A stretch of DNA of 64,000 bases from Minisyncoccota bacterium (GTDB taxonomy: Bacteria; Patescibacteriota; Minisyncoccia; Phycocordibacterales; DASSSU01), in NCBI GenBank assembly GCA_035708305.1, contig DASSSU010000029.1, positions 576 through 64,575 of the forward strand, given 5' to 3'. Shown here piece after piece: positions 23,571 to 32,891 of this stretch; the stretch's first letter is position 1, and the number at the start of each line of letters is the position of its first letter. A program made the translations under genes and the position numbers. The notes beneath the pieces were generated by a model. The model had not been told where the DNA came from and did no database searches. It saw only the letters and a program-made list of their open reading frames with translations.

Positions 23571-23811
23571 GTATTTCAAGCTACCTGTGGAAAAAAGCTT
23601 GCATTTTTTGAAAAAAGGGGTAGATTAAAAAGGTATGAAGAAACACGGAAACAGCGTCATTATTCTACCGAGAACGACTGCTTCAGCCGGTGTTTCCGCA
23701 TACAGGTAGAATTTCCGAGAAAATCAGAAAAGCTACCAAAAAGAGAACCCGGCACAGCGCCGGGATTTTTGTTCTTTCTTGTTCTTTGTAAAGAAAAAGG
23801 AAAGGTGATAT

Positions 23812-24039
23812 ATGGCTATTCTGGATTTTGATGCCATTGATCGACGCAAATCCCTCGCCAATAAACTGCACAACACTGCAATGACCATTACTGCTGCCTT
23901 TTACAAGGGGAGAAATATACCACCAAACCTTTTCCAAAAATTTTTTGATTTGGAAAGAAAGGTGGAAGGGAGAATATCGCCTAGGTTGCGTTTCATGTGT
24001 GCAGATGTAGTAAAAATTCACAACAATAAGCAGAAATAG
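23812..24039 (+). CDS. Small hypothetical protein (75 aa)
   Basis: ORF with an AAGGAAAGGTGA SD-like motif upstream, in a gene-poor 1.2 kb stretch. Confidence 0.3.
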   Translation: MAILDFDAIDRRKSLANKLHNTAMTITAAFYKGRNIPPNLFQKFFDLERKVEGRISPRLRFMCADVVKIHNNKQK

Positions 24040-24048
24040 GAGTATGTC

Positions 24049-24282
24049 ATGGTTCAGAAAACGTTTCTTACTCCGGAAGAAATAAAAGCACAAAGGCAAT
24101 CGGAATTTCGTACTCTCTGCTGTACGCAAATTATTCAGCAAGCACACCAAAGGCTGCCAATTTCTGGGACATTGTTTCAGCGGGCGCTTTATAAACCTGG
24201 GGCAGTAGACCCAGCACTCTTGGCAGAAGTTGAGCAAATACACCGGGAACGAAATCCGGTGAACAAAAATTCGTTTAGGTAA
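24049..24282 (+). CDS. Small hypothetical protein (77 aa)
   Basis: AGGAG lies 9 nt upstream of the ATG, with a strong terminator at 24304-24346 downstream. Confidence 0.3.
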   Translation: MVQKTFLTPEEIKAQRQSEFRTLCCTQIIQQAHQRLPISGTLFQRALYKPGAVDPALLAEVEQIHRERNPVNKNSFR

Positions 24283-24303
24283 AATTCACCTAAACTGATC
24301 ACA

Positions 24304-24346
24304 ACACGCCCCGTACGATGCGGGGCGTTTCTTTTTGAGTTTTTTC
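24304..24346 (+). terminator. Rho-independent terminator
   Basis: Stem acgccccg/cggggcgt plus a T-run. Confidence 0.6.
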
Positions 24347-24389
24347 AAATTTTTGTAATGCTTGCTTTTTAAAAGAAAGAAAGTAAGAT

Positions 24390-24535
24390 AGAGGCATGCA
24401 AGGAAGCACGAGAACCGCCTTTACGTGGTTTGCTTCAAAACTGGAGAAATTTTCCGGGGTTCCTTGCAGGTGAGTAAAAAAAGCAAAAACCAACCATCGA
24501 AGCCCGGGAAAATTCCCGGGTGTTTTTGTTTTTGG
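24390..24535 (+). ncRNA. Candidate structured small RNA bounded by two terminators (9-bp stem tgcaaggaa/ttccttgca enclosing ~55 nt, then a cccggg hairpin terminator)
   Basis: Intergenic region with no ORF; stems read directly from sequence; it ends at a terminator spanning 24500-24533. Confidence 0.25.
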
Positions 24536-24579
24536 GGCGAAAAACTCAGACAAGTAGATCAAAGAAAAGGAGAGAGAAA

Positions 24580-24795
24580 ATGCACGAGCTGGATCAGATA
24601 AAAATGCAAAAACAGTTTCAAAAAATTTTCAAAGAAAGCTGTTTTGAAATTTTTGATCGACATCGTGTCGGAAGAAAAATTCCGGAAGGCCTTTATTTGG
24701 AGATTGAACGTGTGTGGCCGTTGTTCAGCCCTGGTGTTCTTGACGAGTGGTATTATGAGCACGTCCAGCTTTACAAAAAAGGGGCATTTGATTAG
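24580..24795 (+). CDS. Small hypothetical protein (72 aa)
   Basis: AAAGGAGAGAG lies directly upstream of the ATG and a terminator lies downstream. Confidence 0.3.
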   Translation: MHELDQIKMQKQFQKIFKESCFEIFDRHRVGRKIPEGLYLEIERVWPLFSPGVLDEWYYEHVQLYKKGAFD

Positions 24796-24814
24796 TTCTT
24801 TTTGACAGACATTT

Positions 24815-24848
24815 GGGTCCCGCGAAAAATGCGGGGCCTTTTATTTTT
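24815..24848. terminator. Bidirectional rho-independent terminator shared by the small ORF on the plus strand and prmC on the minus strand
   Basis: Stem ggtcccgc/gcggggcc, with a T-run on one side and an A-run on the other. Confidence 0.55.
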
Positions 24849-25614
24849 GGAGAGAAAGTTGAACGGTGCGGAAAAGTCCAAATTGATCTTTTTCAAAATG
24901 ATAGGAAAAATGTGGAAGCTTTTGGAGAATTTTTTTGATTTGGTTTTTTTGCTCGGTATCAAACTCAATGAAGAGCTTTCCGCCGGGAGTGAGGAAGCTG
25001 GGCGCCGCGTCAATGAGTTTCCTGATGAAAAAGAGCCCGTCTTCGCCGCCTACGAGCGCTTCTGTTGGTTCGAAATCCCGCACGGAAATATCCAGACTTT
25101 CAAAATTTTTCTCTGGAATATACGGCGGGTTCGCAAAAATAAAGTCGTAGTGCTTTGGTGGAATGTCTTTAAATACGTCGGAGTGAAAAATTTCCGTGCG
25201 ATCTTTTGTAATTTTGTTTTTCTCAAGGTTGTTTTGGATTTGCTGTATCGCGTCTGTGCTGAAATCAGCAAAATCCACCTGAGCAAGAGGAAGGTGTTTT
25301 AAAAGCGCAATCCCGATACAGCCAGAGCCGGAAAAGATATCCAAAATATTGATCGATTGGTTTTGGGGTGTCTTTTCTTTGATCTTTGAGATCGCATTTT
25401 TGACCCAAAATTCCGTTTCTTCTCGCGGAATGAGCGGTCGATAGGAAAGGTCGATATTGCAGTCGAGAAATGGACGGCTGCCGATCACATAGTCCACCGG
25501 TTCGCCGTTTTCCAAACGCGAGACATCCACAAAAAATTTTTCGGTTTCCTGTCCGTGATATTTTTCACGAAGCAGCCAGGCTTTTGCTTTTTTGAAATAT
25601 TCGGTGTTGTTCAT
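24841..25614 (-). CDS. prmC: Release-factor glutamine N5-methyltransferase (PrmC/HemK)
   Basis: NPPYIP motif and an SAM-binding DIFSGSGCIG motif. Confidence 0.8.
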   Translation of the reverse strand: MNNTEYFKKAKAWLLREKYHGQETEKFFVDVSRLENGEPVDYVIGSRPFLDCNIDLSYRPLIPREETEFWVKNAISKIKEKTPQNQSINILDIFSGSGCIGIALLKHLPLAQVDFADFSTDAIQQIQNNLEKNKITKDRTEIFHSDVFKDIPPKHYDFIFANPPYIPEKNFESLDISVRDFEPTEALVGGEDGLFFIRKLIDAAPSFLTPGGKLFIEFDTEQKNQIKKILQKLPHFSYHFEKDQFGLFRTVQLSLQK

Positions 25615-26516
25615 GATGTGAGAAAATCTTTTACTGCCGCAAAAATTTGGGATCGATCGTCTGGATGAAACCAGCGGATGTTGTGGTCGCGCAAAAACCA
25701 GCGCATCTGTCGCTTGGCGTATTGTCGGTTTTGCCGGGCGATCTTCGGTGCTATCTCTTCGCGGGTGATTTTTCCCTGGAGGTATTCTGCCAGAGTTCGG
25801 TATTCCAATCCGAATTCTTCCATCCGGTCGAAAGAAAGTCCGTTTCGGTGAAGTTTCTCGGCTTCTTCTCTCATGCCGTGTTCCAGACGGAAAGACACCC
25901 TCTCGGCGATACGCGCTTCCAATTCTTCCATGGGGAGGGAAAGGCCGATGCGGAGTGCGTGAAATGACTGTTTATCTCTCTGTGTCTGTAACGGCGGTAC
26001 GGAGCCGAGTTTTTGCGCGATTTCCACCGCGCGGATGAGGCGGCGGCGGTTTTTGGGATCGATCTCCATTGCACGGTTCGGATCGATCTTTTGAAGGATG
26101 GAAAAAATTTCTTCGGCGGGTTTTGCTTCAAGTTCATTTCGCAAAGCTTCATCGGGCGGAACTTCCGGATATGAGACACCATCTAAAATTGCACTGATGT
26201 AAAAACCGGTTCCACCACAGAGTATTGGAAGTTTTCCCCGCGAAAAAATATTTTCGATCGTTTTTCCGGCTTCTTTTTGGTACTCCGCCGCGGTAAACAC
26301 GTATCTTGGATCAGCAATAGAAAGCAGGTGGTGGGGAACGCCTGCCATCTCTGCTTCAGTGATTTTTCCCGTTGCGATATCAAGCCCGCGGTAAATTTGG
26401 CGTGAGTCGGCCGAAACTACTTCGCCGTGAAAACGAAGCGCGAGCTCTACCGCGAGGGTGCTCTTGCCGGAAGAGGTCGGTCCGACGACGGCAATTAATT
26501 TTTGTAGAAGCTTCAT
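25611..26516 (-). CDS. miaA: tRNA dimethylallyltransferase
   Basis: GPTSSGKS P-loop and a conserved MiaA core. Confidence 0.9.
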   Translation of the reverse strand: MKLLQKLIAVVGPTSSGKSTLAVELALRFHGEVVSADSRQIYRGLDIATGKITEAEMAGVPHHLLSIADPRYVFTAAEYQKEAGKTIENIFSRGKLPILCGGTGFYISAILDGVSYPEVPPDEALRNELEAKPAEEIFSILQKIDPNRAMEIDPKNRRRLIRAVEIAQKLGSVPPLQTQRDKQSFHALRIGLSLPMEELEARIAERVSFRLEHGMREEAEKLHRNGLSFDRMEEFGLEYRTLAEYLQGKITREEIAPKIARQNRQYAKRQMRWFLRDHNIRWFHPDDRSQIFAAVKDFLTS

Positions 26517-26890
26517 GACGGATGGGTTTTGAGAAAGTTACAAAGAAGAAATCGAGTTATCCACAAGCCAACGGAAAAATGCTTATCCTTCGGGAGATTT
26601 TTTCTGTTTTGGATGGAGCGGGAAGATGCGGTAAAATGTCAGTACAAAGCTTCGAAATTTTTCTTAAACTTTGTACCAACATTATGCCACATGAAAGCAT
26701 TCCTTTTTGGAAGGTGTGCACTTTTTCTGTCGCTTGTTTTCGTTATCATGTCAGAGTGTTGGGGATTTTTTAAAAAAGTTTTGCATCAATTTTGTTTCTT
26801 GGAGCGGAAAGAAATTGATAGAGGAAGCTTACCCGAAAAAGAACCAAAATGCCACTTTGGCTCCAATTTAAGAGTTTAGCGTAAAGCACC

Positions 26891-29815
26891 ATGAACGAAA
26901 TTTCAAATATCAAAAAAAGAGACGGAAGTACGGTTCCTTTTGATCCTCAAAAAATTTTTTCCGCGGTGAAAAAAGCCTTTTCTGGGGAAAATGTCAGTAT
27001 TTCATCGGCGGATCTCCACAAGATTACTGATACCGCTGTAGAGGAACTGAAAAAGCGGACGGAGAAGAATGAACCGGTAAGTGTAGAAAACGTTCAAGAC
27101 GTGGTGGAACAAACGCTCATGGAAGGAGGATATTTCAAAGTGGCAAAAGCGTATATTCTGTATCGCTACGAGCACAAAAAGGAGCGGGAAAAAGAAGTGG
27201 CGGAAAAAATTGAAGAAGAAACCTTGACCGTGACGAAGAGAAACGGCAAAAGGGAAATTTTTTCCATTGACAAGCTCCGCAATACACTCTTTTTCCACGT
27301 GAAGGGGTATGAAAACGTTATCGATGTGGACCGCGTGGTCGGACAATGCCGCAGTGAGGTGTATGACGGAATTCAGACAAAAGATGTCACGCGAGCTATT
27401 GTCATGGCGCTTCGTTCGATGATTGAGATCGATCCGGCGTATTCAAAGATTGCAGCACGGGTGCTCTCCAGTATCATTTTGAAGGAAGTTGCTGGTACCG
27501 ATGTGTTTGATCGTGGCAACATTGATCGCGAATACCGGGAAGTTTTTGTAAAAAACATCCATCGCGGGGTGGAAATGGGACGTTTGGATCGTCGTTTGCT
27601 CGAGTTTGACCTTCGTGCGATCAGCCAGGAGTTGGTGATCGGACGGGATGATCTTTTCGAATATCTCGGACTCCAGACACTCTACGACCGCTACTTTGTG
27701 CGTGATGACGACACCCGGCAGGTGCTTGAAACGGCGCAGATGTTTTGGATGCGCGTTGCCATGGGAACCGCGCTTTTGGAGAAGCCGGAGGAGCGCTTGC
27801 GGTGGACAAAAGAGTTTTATGAGATCATGTCGCTTTTGCACTACACGCCGTCGACCCCAACACTCTTCCACGCGGGAACACAGCAGCCGCAGCTTTCATC
27901 TTGCTACCTGAACACCGTGCCGGACTCACTTGACGCGATTTTCAAATCCTATGCCGACAACGCACAGCTTTCGAAGTGGTCCGGCGGTTTGGGCACAGAC
28001 TGGACCCCGCTTCGCGCAACCGGGGCGTTCATCAAGGGAACCGGCGTGGAGAGTCAGGGAGTTATTCCGTTTTTGAAGATTGCGAACGACGTGACGGTGG
28101 CGATCAACCGAAGTGGAAGGCGGCGTGGCGCGGCAGCAGTGTACTTGGAGGTATGGCATTACGATATCTTTGACTTTATCGAACTTCGCAAGAATACCGG
28201 TGATGAACGGCGCCGGACGCACGACATGGATACGGCTACCTGGATTCCGGATTTGTTCATGAAGCGAGTACGCGAAAAGAAAGACTGGACACTTTTCTCG
28301 CCGGACGAAACGCCAGAACTGCACAACATCTACGGCCGGGCTTTTGAAGAAAAATATGCAGAGTACGAGCGAAAGGCCGATCGCGGAGAAATGAAAGTTT
28401 GGAAGCGCATTCCTGCGGAAGATCTTTGGAAGAAAATGCTTGCCATGCTCTTTGAAACCGGCCACCCGTGGATGACCTGGAAAGATCCTTCCAACGTACG
28501 CTCTCCTCAGGATCATGTCGGCGTCGTGCACAACTCAAATCTCTGCACCGAGATCACACTCAACACTTCCGAGAATGAAACCGCTGTCTGCAACCTCGGT
28601 TCGCTCAACTTTGCAAAGTTTGTGGTAAACGGGGTTTTTGACAAAAACCTGGTGGGAAGTGTGGTGATGACCGCGATGCGTATGCTCGACAATGTGATCG
28701 ATATCAATTTCTATCCGACCGAAGATGCCAAGCGTTCCAACATGCAGCATCGTCCAGTGGGGCTTGGGATTCGCGGTTTTCAGGATGCGCTCTATCTTTT
28801 GGGAATTAATTTTGATTCCGAGAAATGCATTCAGTTTGCGGACGAAAGTATGGAAGTGGTGTCGTATTACGCGATTTTGGCTTCTTCTGGACTTGCCCGC
28901 GAGCGCGGTGCGTACAAAACCTTCAAGGGTTCCAAGTGGGACCGAAATATTTTCCCGCAGGACACGCTTGATTTGCTGGAAAAAGAACGTGGAGAAGTTA
29001 TTCCGGTTCCGCGAACGGGACGGCTGGACTGGGCGCCGGTACGCGAACACGTGCGCATGTATGGCATGAGAAATTCCAACTGTCTTGCGGTAGCACCAAC
29101 CGCAACGACTGCCAATATTGTGGGCTGTGTTCCGACCATTGAGCCGATTTACAAAAACATTTATGTGAAGTCCAACCAGGCGGGAGATTTCGTGGTGGTC
29201 AACTCTTATTTAGTGGAAGAGCTGAAGATGCGCCGCTTGTGGAACGAAAACATGCTTGCCAAGCTCAAGTACCATGACGGAAGCATTCAGGAGATCGAAG
29301 AAATCCCGAAAGACATCAAGGAAAAATACAAGGAAATCTTTGAGATTGATCCAAGCTGGCTGATCCGCAGTGCCGCTTCCCGTGGAAAGTGGATTGACCA
29401 AAGCCAATCGCTGAACATTTATTTCCGCGGTACATCCGGCAAGGAGCTTTCTCAGGTGTATTTCCTTGCCTGGGAAATGGGACTCAAGACTACGTATTAT
29501 CTCCGTACCCTCGGTGCTTCACAAGTGGAAAAGTCCACGGTGGACACGGGAAAGTTTGGGTCAACCCACCAGCGCAAAACTTTTTCTTCAAACGCCATCC
29601 CGTCTTCCTCCACAGAAATGGTAGAGAGGGTGATGAACGTGGAGTCAGTGGAAGTCAAGCCTGAGCCGGTAAAAACCACAGAAGGGCATCCGAGTCCATT
29701 CCCAAAAGAAGCTGTTTCTGTGTCCTATCCGGTGTCGGTTGGTGCAGCAGCTCAGCCGAAGTATAATCTGATACGGATTGGGGATGATACAGACTGCGAG
29801 GCCTGCCAAGCATAG
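26891..29815 (+). CDS. nrdA: Class Ia ribonucleoside-diphosphate reductase alpha subunit, with two N-terminal ATP-cone domains and a ~100-aa C-terminal extension ending in CEAC
   Basis: ATP-cone signatures appear twice (KRDGSTVPF, KRNGKREIF); the catalytic block is NLCTEI; nrdB is adjacent. Confidence 0.9.
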   Translation: MNEISNIKKRDGSTVPFDPQKIFSAVKKAFSGENVSISSADLHKITDTAVEELKKRTEKNEPVSVENVQDVVEQTLMEGGYFKVAKAYILYRYEHKKEREKEVAEKIEEETLTVTKRNGKREIFSIDKLRNTLFFHVKGYENVIDVDRVVGQCRSEVYDGIQTKDVTRAIVMALRSMIEIDPAYSKIAARVLSSIILKEVAGTDVFDRGNIDREYREVFVKNIHRGVEMGRLDRRLLEFDLRAISQELVIGRDDLFEYLGLQTLYDRYFVRDDDTRQVLETAQMFWMRVAMGTALLEKPEERLRWTKEFYEIMSLLHYTPSTPTLFHAGTQQPQLSSCYLNTVPDSLDAIFKSYADNAQLSKWSGGLGTDWTPLRATGAFIKGTGVESQGVIPFLKIANDVTVAINRSGRRRGAAAVYLEVWHYDIFDFIELRKNTGDERRRTHDMDTATWIPDLFMKRVREKKDWTLFSPDETPELHNIYGRAFEEKYAEYERKADRGEMKVWKRIPAEDLWKKMLAMLFETGHPWMTWKDPSNVRSPQDHVGVVHNSNLCTEITLNTSENETAVCNLGSLNFAKFVVNGVFDKNLVGSVVMTAMRMLDNVIDINFYPTEDAKRSNMQHRPVGLGIRGFQDALYLLGINFDSEKCIQFADESMEVVSYYAILASSGLARERGAYKTFKGSKWDRNIFPQDTLDLLEKERGEVIPVPRTGRLDWAPVREHVRMYGMRNSNCLAVAPTATTANIVGCVPTIEPIYKNIYVKSNQAGDFVVVNSYLVEELKMRRLWNENMLAKLKYHDGSIQEIEEIPKDIKEKYKEIFEIDPSWLIRSAASRGKWIDQSQSLNIYFRGTSGKELSQVYFLAWEMGLKTTYYLRTLGASQVEKSTVDTGKFGSTHQRKTFSSNAIPSSSTEMVERVMNVESVEVKPEPVKTTEGHPSPFPKEAVSVSYPVSVGAAAQPKYNLIRIGDDTDCEACQA

Positions 29816-29823
29816 CCTTAAAA

Positions 29824-29934
29824 CTTCCAGCTTTGGCGAATTTCTTTGTCAGAACGTGAATTTTCCTGTTCATCTGCCTGAGGCAGACTCACAGCCAAAT
29901 TCACGTTCTTCCTCAAACTTCATCCAAATCTGAA
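29824..29934 (+). repeat. Family-C framed palindromic element downstream of nrdA (conserved frame, with a 12-bp inverted-repeat insert carrying the Family-A core)
   Basis: Frame cttccagctttggcgaatttctttgt ... cttcatccaaatctgaaa. The insert gaacgtgaattt ... ttcatctgcctgaggcagactcac ... aaattcacgttc shares its core with the element at 13043-13066. Confidence 0.7.
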
Positions 29935-30003
29935 AGTTTTATTTTGCAAGATTCTGAAAGTAGTTGCATACACAATAAAAATTATTCATTCACACTTACA
30001 TCC

Positions 30004-31038
30004 ATGCCTATTAAACAAACAAACGAGCAAGTAGATATTAACAAGCGAAAGATCATCAACGGGGAAGACGCCGATGTGATGCAGCTTCACCCGATCAAGC
30101 ATAAGTTTGCTTGGGAGGCGTACAATACCGGCAATGCGAACCACTGGCTTCCGACGGAGATCGGCATGCAAAAAGACGTAGAGCAGTGGAGATCGCGCGA
30201 CGTACTTTCCGACGACGAACGTCAAGCATTTGAAACGGTCCTCGGCTTTTTCACCACGGCGGACTCGATTGCGGCAAATAACGTGGTTTTGGCGCTCTAC
30301 AAGCACATCACTTCACCGGAGTGCCGCATGTTTCTTTTGCGGCAGGGCTACGAAGAGGCAAACCACACGCACTCGTACCAGTACATCGTGGAGTCGCTCG
30401 GCATGGATGAAGGAAAAATTTTCAACATGTACCGCGAGGTGGAGGCGATCTACAACAAAGACAACCTTGTCCTCTCACTCAATGAAGGAATCTTTGATCC
30501 GAACTTCAAAACGGGAACATTTGAAAATGACCAGAAATTCTTGGAAAACCTTTGTGTTTTCTCGCTTATTCTCGAAGGAATTTTCTTCTACAGTTCGTTT
30601 GCCGTGATGTTTGGTTTTCAGCGGCAAAACAAGCTGGTGGGCGCTGCGGAGCAGATTCAGTACATCATGCGCGATGAATCCCAGCACCTGAACTTTGGTA
30701 TCAACATGATCAACACAATCAAAGAAGAGCAGCCGGAACTTTGGACGCCGGAATTCCAGCAAAAAATCATCGACCTGATCCGCCGCGGTGTGGTACTTGA
30801 GTACACGTTTGCACAGGAAGTTTTCCCGAAAGGAATTTTTGGCATGAACGCGGAAGGGTTCAAGCAGTACATTGAGTACATTGCAGATCGCCGATTGGAG
30901 CGTGTGGGCTTGCCGAAGCAGTACAATGTGACCAATCCGTTCCCGTGGATGTCGGAGGCGATTGACTTGTCGAAGGAAAAGAACTTCTTTGAGACGAGAG
31001 TGACCGAATATAAAGTCGGCGGCGCGTTGGAGTGGTAA
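30004..31038 (+). CDS. nrdB: Class Ia ribonucleotide reductase beta subunit (diiron/tyrosyl radical)
   Basis: Ferritin-like EANHTHSY and RDESQHLNF iron ligand motifs. Confidence 0.85.
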   Translation: MPIKQTNEQVDINKRKIINGEDADVMQLHPIKHKFAWEAYNTGNANHWLPTEIGMQKDVEQWRSRDVLSDDERQAFETVLGFFTTADSIAANNVVLALYKHITSPECRMFLLRQGYEEANHTHSYQYIVESLGMDEGKIFNMYREVEAIYNKDNLVLSLNEGIFDPNFKTGTFENDQKFLENLCVFSLILEGIFFYSSFAVMFGFQRQNKLVGAAEQIQYIMRDESQHLNFGINMINTIKEEQPELWTPEFQQKIIDLIRRGVVLEYTFAQEVFPKGIFGMNAEGFKQYIEYIADRRLERVGLPKQYNVTNPFPWMSEAIDLSKEKNFFETRVTEYKVGGALEW

Positions 31039-31041
31039 AAG

Positions 31042-31156
31042 CTTCCAGATTTGGCGAATATCTTTGTTGCGAGGCAAAGTGCTTGCTCACCTTACTTATC
31101 CGTAAGGCTCGCGGCGACACTTTGCTTCGCGCCTCGATCTTCATCCAAATCTGAAA
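31042..31156 (+). repeat. Family-C framed palindromic element downstream of nrdB (same frame as the nrdA copy, with an unrelated nested-hairpin insert)
   Basis: Frame cttccagatttggcgaatatctttgt ... tcttcatccaaatctgaaa. The insert has gcgaggcaaagtg/cactttgcttcgc and ccttac/gtaagg stems. Confidence 0.7.
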
Positions 31157-31302
31157 CCTTTTACTTTTGCAAAAATCTGGTTATAAATAAAAAACTCTAG
31201 GATTAGAGTTTTTTATTTTAGCGGGGAATTCCGAAAAAACCCTTTATTTTCAAGCAAAAACAGGGAAGAGAAGTTATCCACAGGTTTTCTTGGGGAAAAT
31301 GT

Positions 31303-31330
31303 TTGACAAGAAAATTAGAAAGCGTATACT
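31303..31330 (+). promoter_or_regulatory. Candidate promoter (TTGACA, 16 nt, TATACT) for the polysaccharide gene cluster
   Basis: Consensus-like hexamers; the ~165-nt leader contains a C8T9 homopolymer tract. Confidence 0.45.
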
Positions 31331-31499
31331 AATGGCAGTTCCATTCACTTGGATATCCCGTTCTTTTTTCCACCCCCACCACCACTCTAACCCCCCCCTT
31401 TTTTTTCTTTCCCCTTCAACATCATTTTTACATGGTGTTTTTTTGTGCTTGATTTTTGGATTGAGAGAGACCAGGCTCTATTGCGTGTTTTGGTAGCTC

Positions 31500-32867
31500 A
31501 TGTATCATAAAGCCATGCTGAACATGGGGAGGAAAGAGGCGGGAATCTTGTTTTTGGGCGATATTCTCATATACTTCGCCTCGCTTTGGATTGCACTTGC
31601 TCTCCGGCACTTGGCTGTCCCGACAGCAAATGTCTACCTCCTTCACCTGAAGCCTTTCCTCATTCTCTTTCTTATCTGGACCGTTGTTTTTTACATTTCC
31701 GGACTCTACGAAAAACATACCCTTGTTTTTAAGAGCAAGCTCCCATCGCTCATTTTTACTGCACAGGTGATAAACAGCCTTCTCGGTGTTTTGTTTTTCT
31801 ACCTCATTCCGGTTTTTTCGATTACGCCAAAAACCGTACTTTTTATCGACCTCGCTTTCACATTTGTCCTCCTTGTTTTTTGGCGGCTGTACCTTTCGGA
31901 GCGGGTGACGGCCACCAAAAGGCAAAACGCACTCCTCATCGGTTCCGGAGATGAAATGCAGGAGCTTTGGGAAGAGGTGAATCAAAATCCTCGCTATCGC
32001 TTCCGTTTTCTTTCTGCACTTGACCTTGACGCGATCGGCTCGGTAGATTTCAAAGGGGAGATCTTGGATAGGATTTATAGTGAAAAGATCACTATGATCG
32101 TGATTGATCTGAAAAATGAGAAATCCTTTCCCATTTTGCCACATCTCTACAACTTGCTTTTTTCGCGCGTCCACTTTTTTGACCTACATCGCGTGTATGA
32201 AGATATTTTTGACCGCGTACCGCTTTCGCTTGTGGGGTACAACTGGTTTTTGGAGAACATTTCTTCCGCTTCTAAAATTTCGTACGATATTCTTAAGCGG
32301 GCTATGGACATTGCGGCGGCACTTCTGCTCGGAATTCCTTCGCTGGTGTTTTATCCTTTCGTCTATTTGGCGATCAAGCTTGATGATGGCGGATCGGTGT
32401 TTTTGCATCAGGAGCGCGTGGGGAAAAACAATTCTTCTGTCTGGCTTTTGAAGTTCCGAACCATGACATTTGATGACAAAGGCAAGTGGGGAAAGAGCGG
32501 ACAGACAAACAAAGTCACCCGTGTAGGAGAGTTCTTACGCAAAAGTCGTATTGACGAACTGCCACAGCTGTGGAATGTGCTGAAAGGTGATATTTCTCTG
32601 ATCGGTCCGCGGCCGGAATTCCCGGATCCAGTGAGAGAATACGAAAGTAAGGTTCCGTACTACGGTGTGCGGCATCTTATCAAACCGGGACTCTCCGGCT
32701 GGGCGCAGGTGCATCACATGGAACATCCACATCATCAGCTTGATATGGAAGAAACGCGGCGCAAACTTTCATATGATCTCTATTACATCAAAAATCGCTC
32801 TCTGGTGCTTGATATCAAAACCGCGCTCATGACGGTGAGAATTATGCTCGCTCGAAGTGGAAGGTAA
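31500..32867 (+). CDS. Polyprenyl glycosylphosphotransferase (bacterial sugar transferase, WbaP/CpsE-like)
   Basis: N-terminal TM region; the C-terminal domain has [27 protein letters not shown] and similar motifs. Confidence 0.8.
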   Translation: [455 protein letters not shown]

Positions 32868-32891
32868 AATGGAGGAAAGATAAAAAAAGAT

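Noticed and set aside
24390-24535. Possible SRP (4.5S) RNA because of AAGGAAGCA similarity to the SRP domain IV GGAAGCAG motif
   Set aside because: Only a 9-nt resemblance; the symmetric-loop and GNRA features of SRP RNA could not be aligned. It is kept only as a generic candidate sRNA.
26517-26890. NrdR box upstream of nrdA
   Set aside because: No ACACwAtATaTwGTGT-like palindrome was found; only a short ccaaaatgccactttgg hairpin.
31428-32174. 248-aa minus-strand ORF overlapping the sugar transferase
   Set aside because: Antisense to a well-supported gene.
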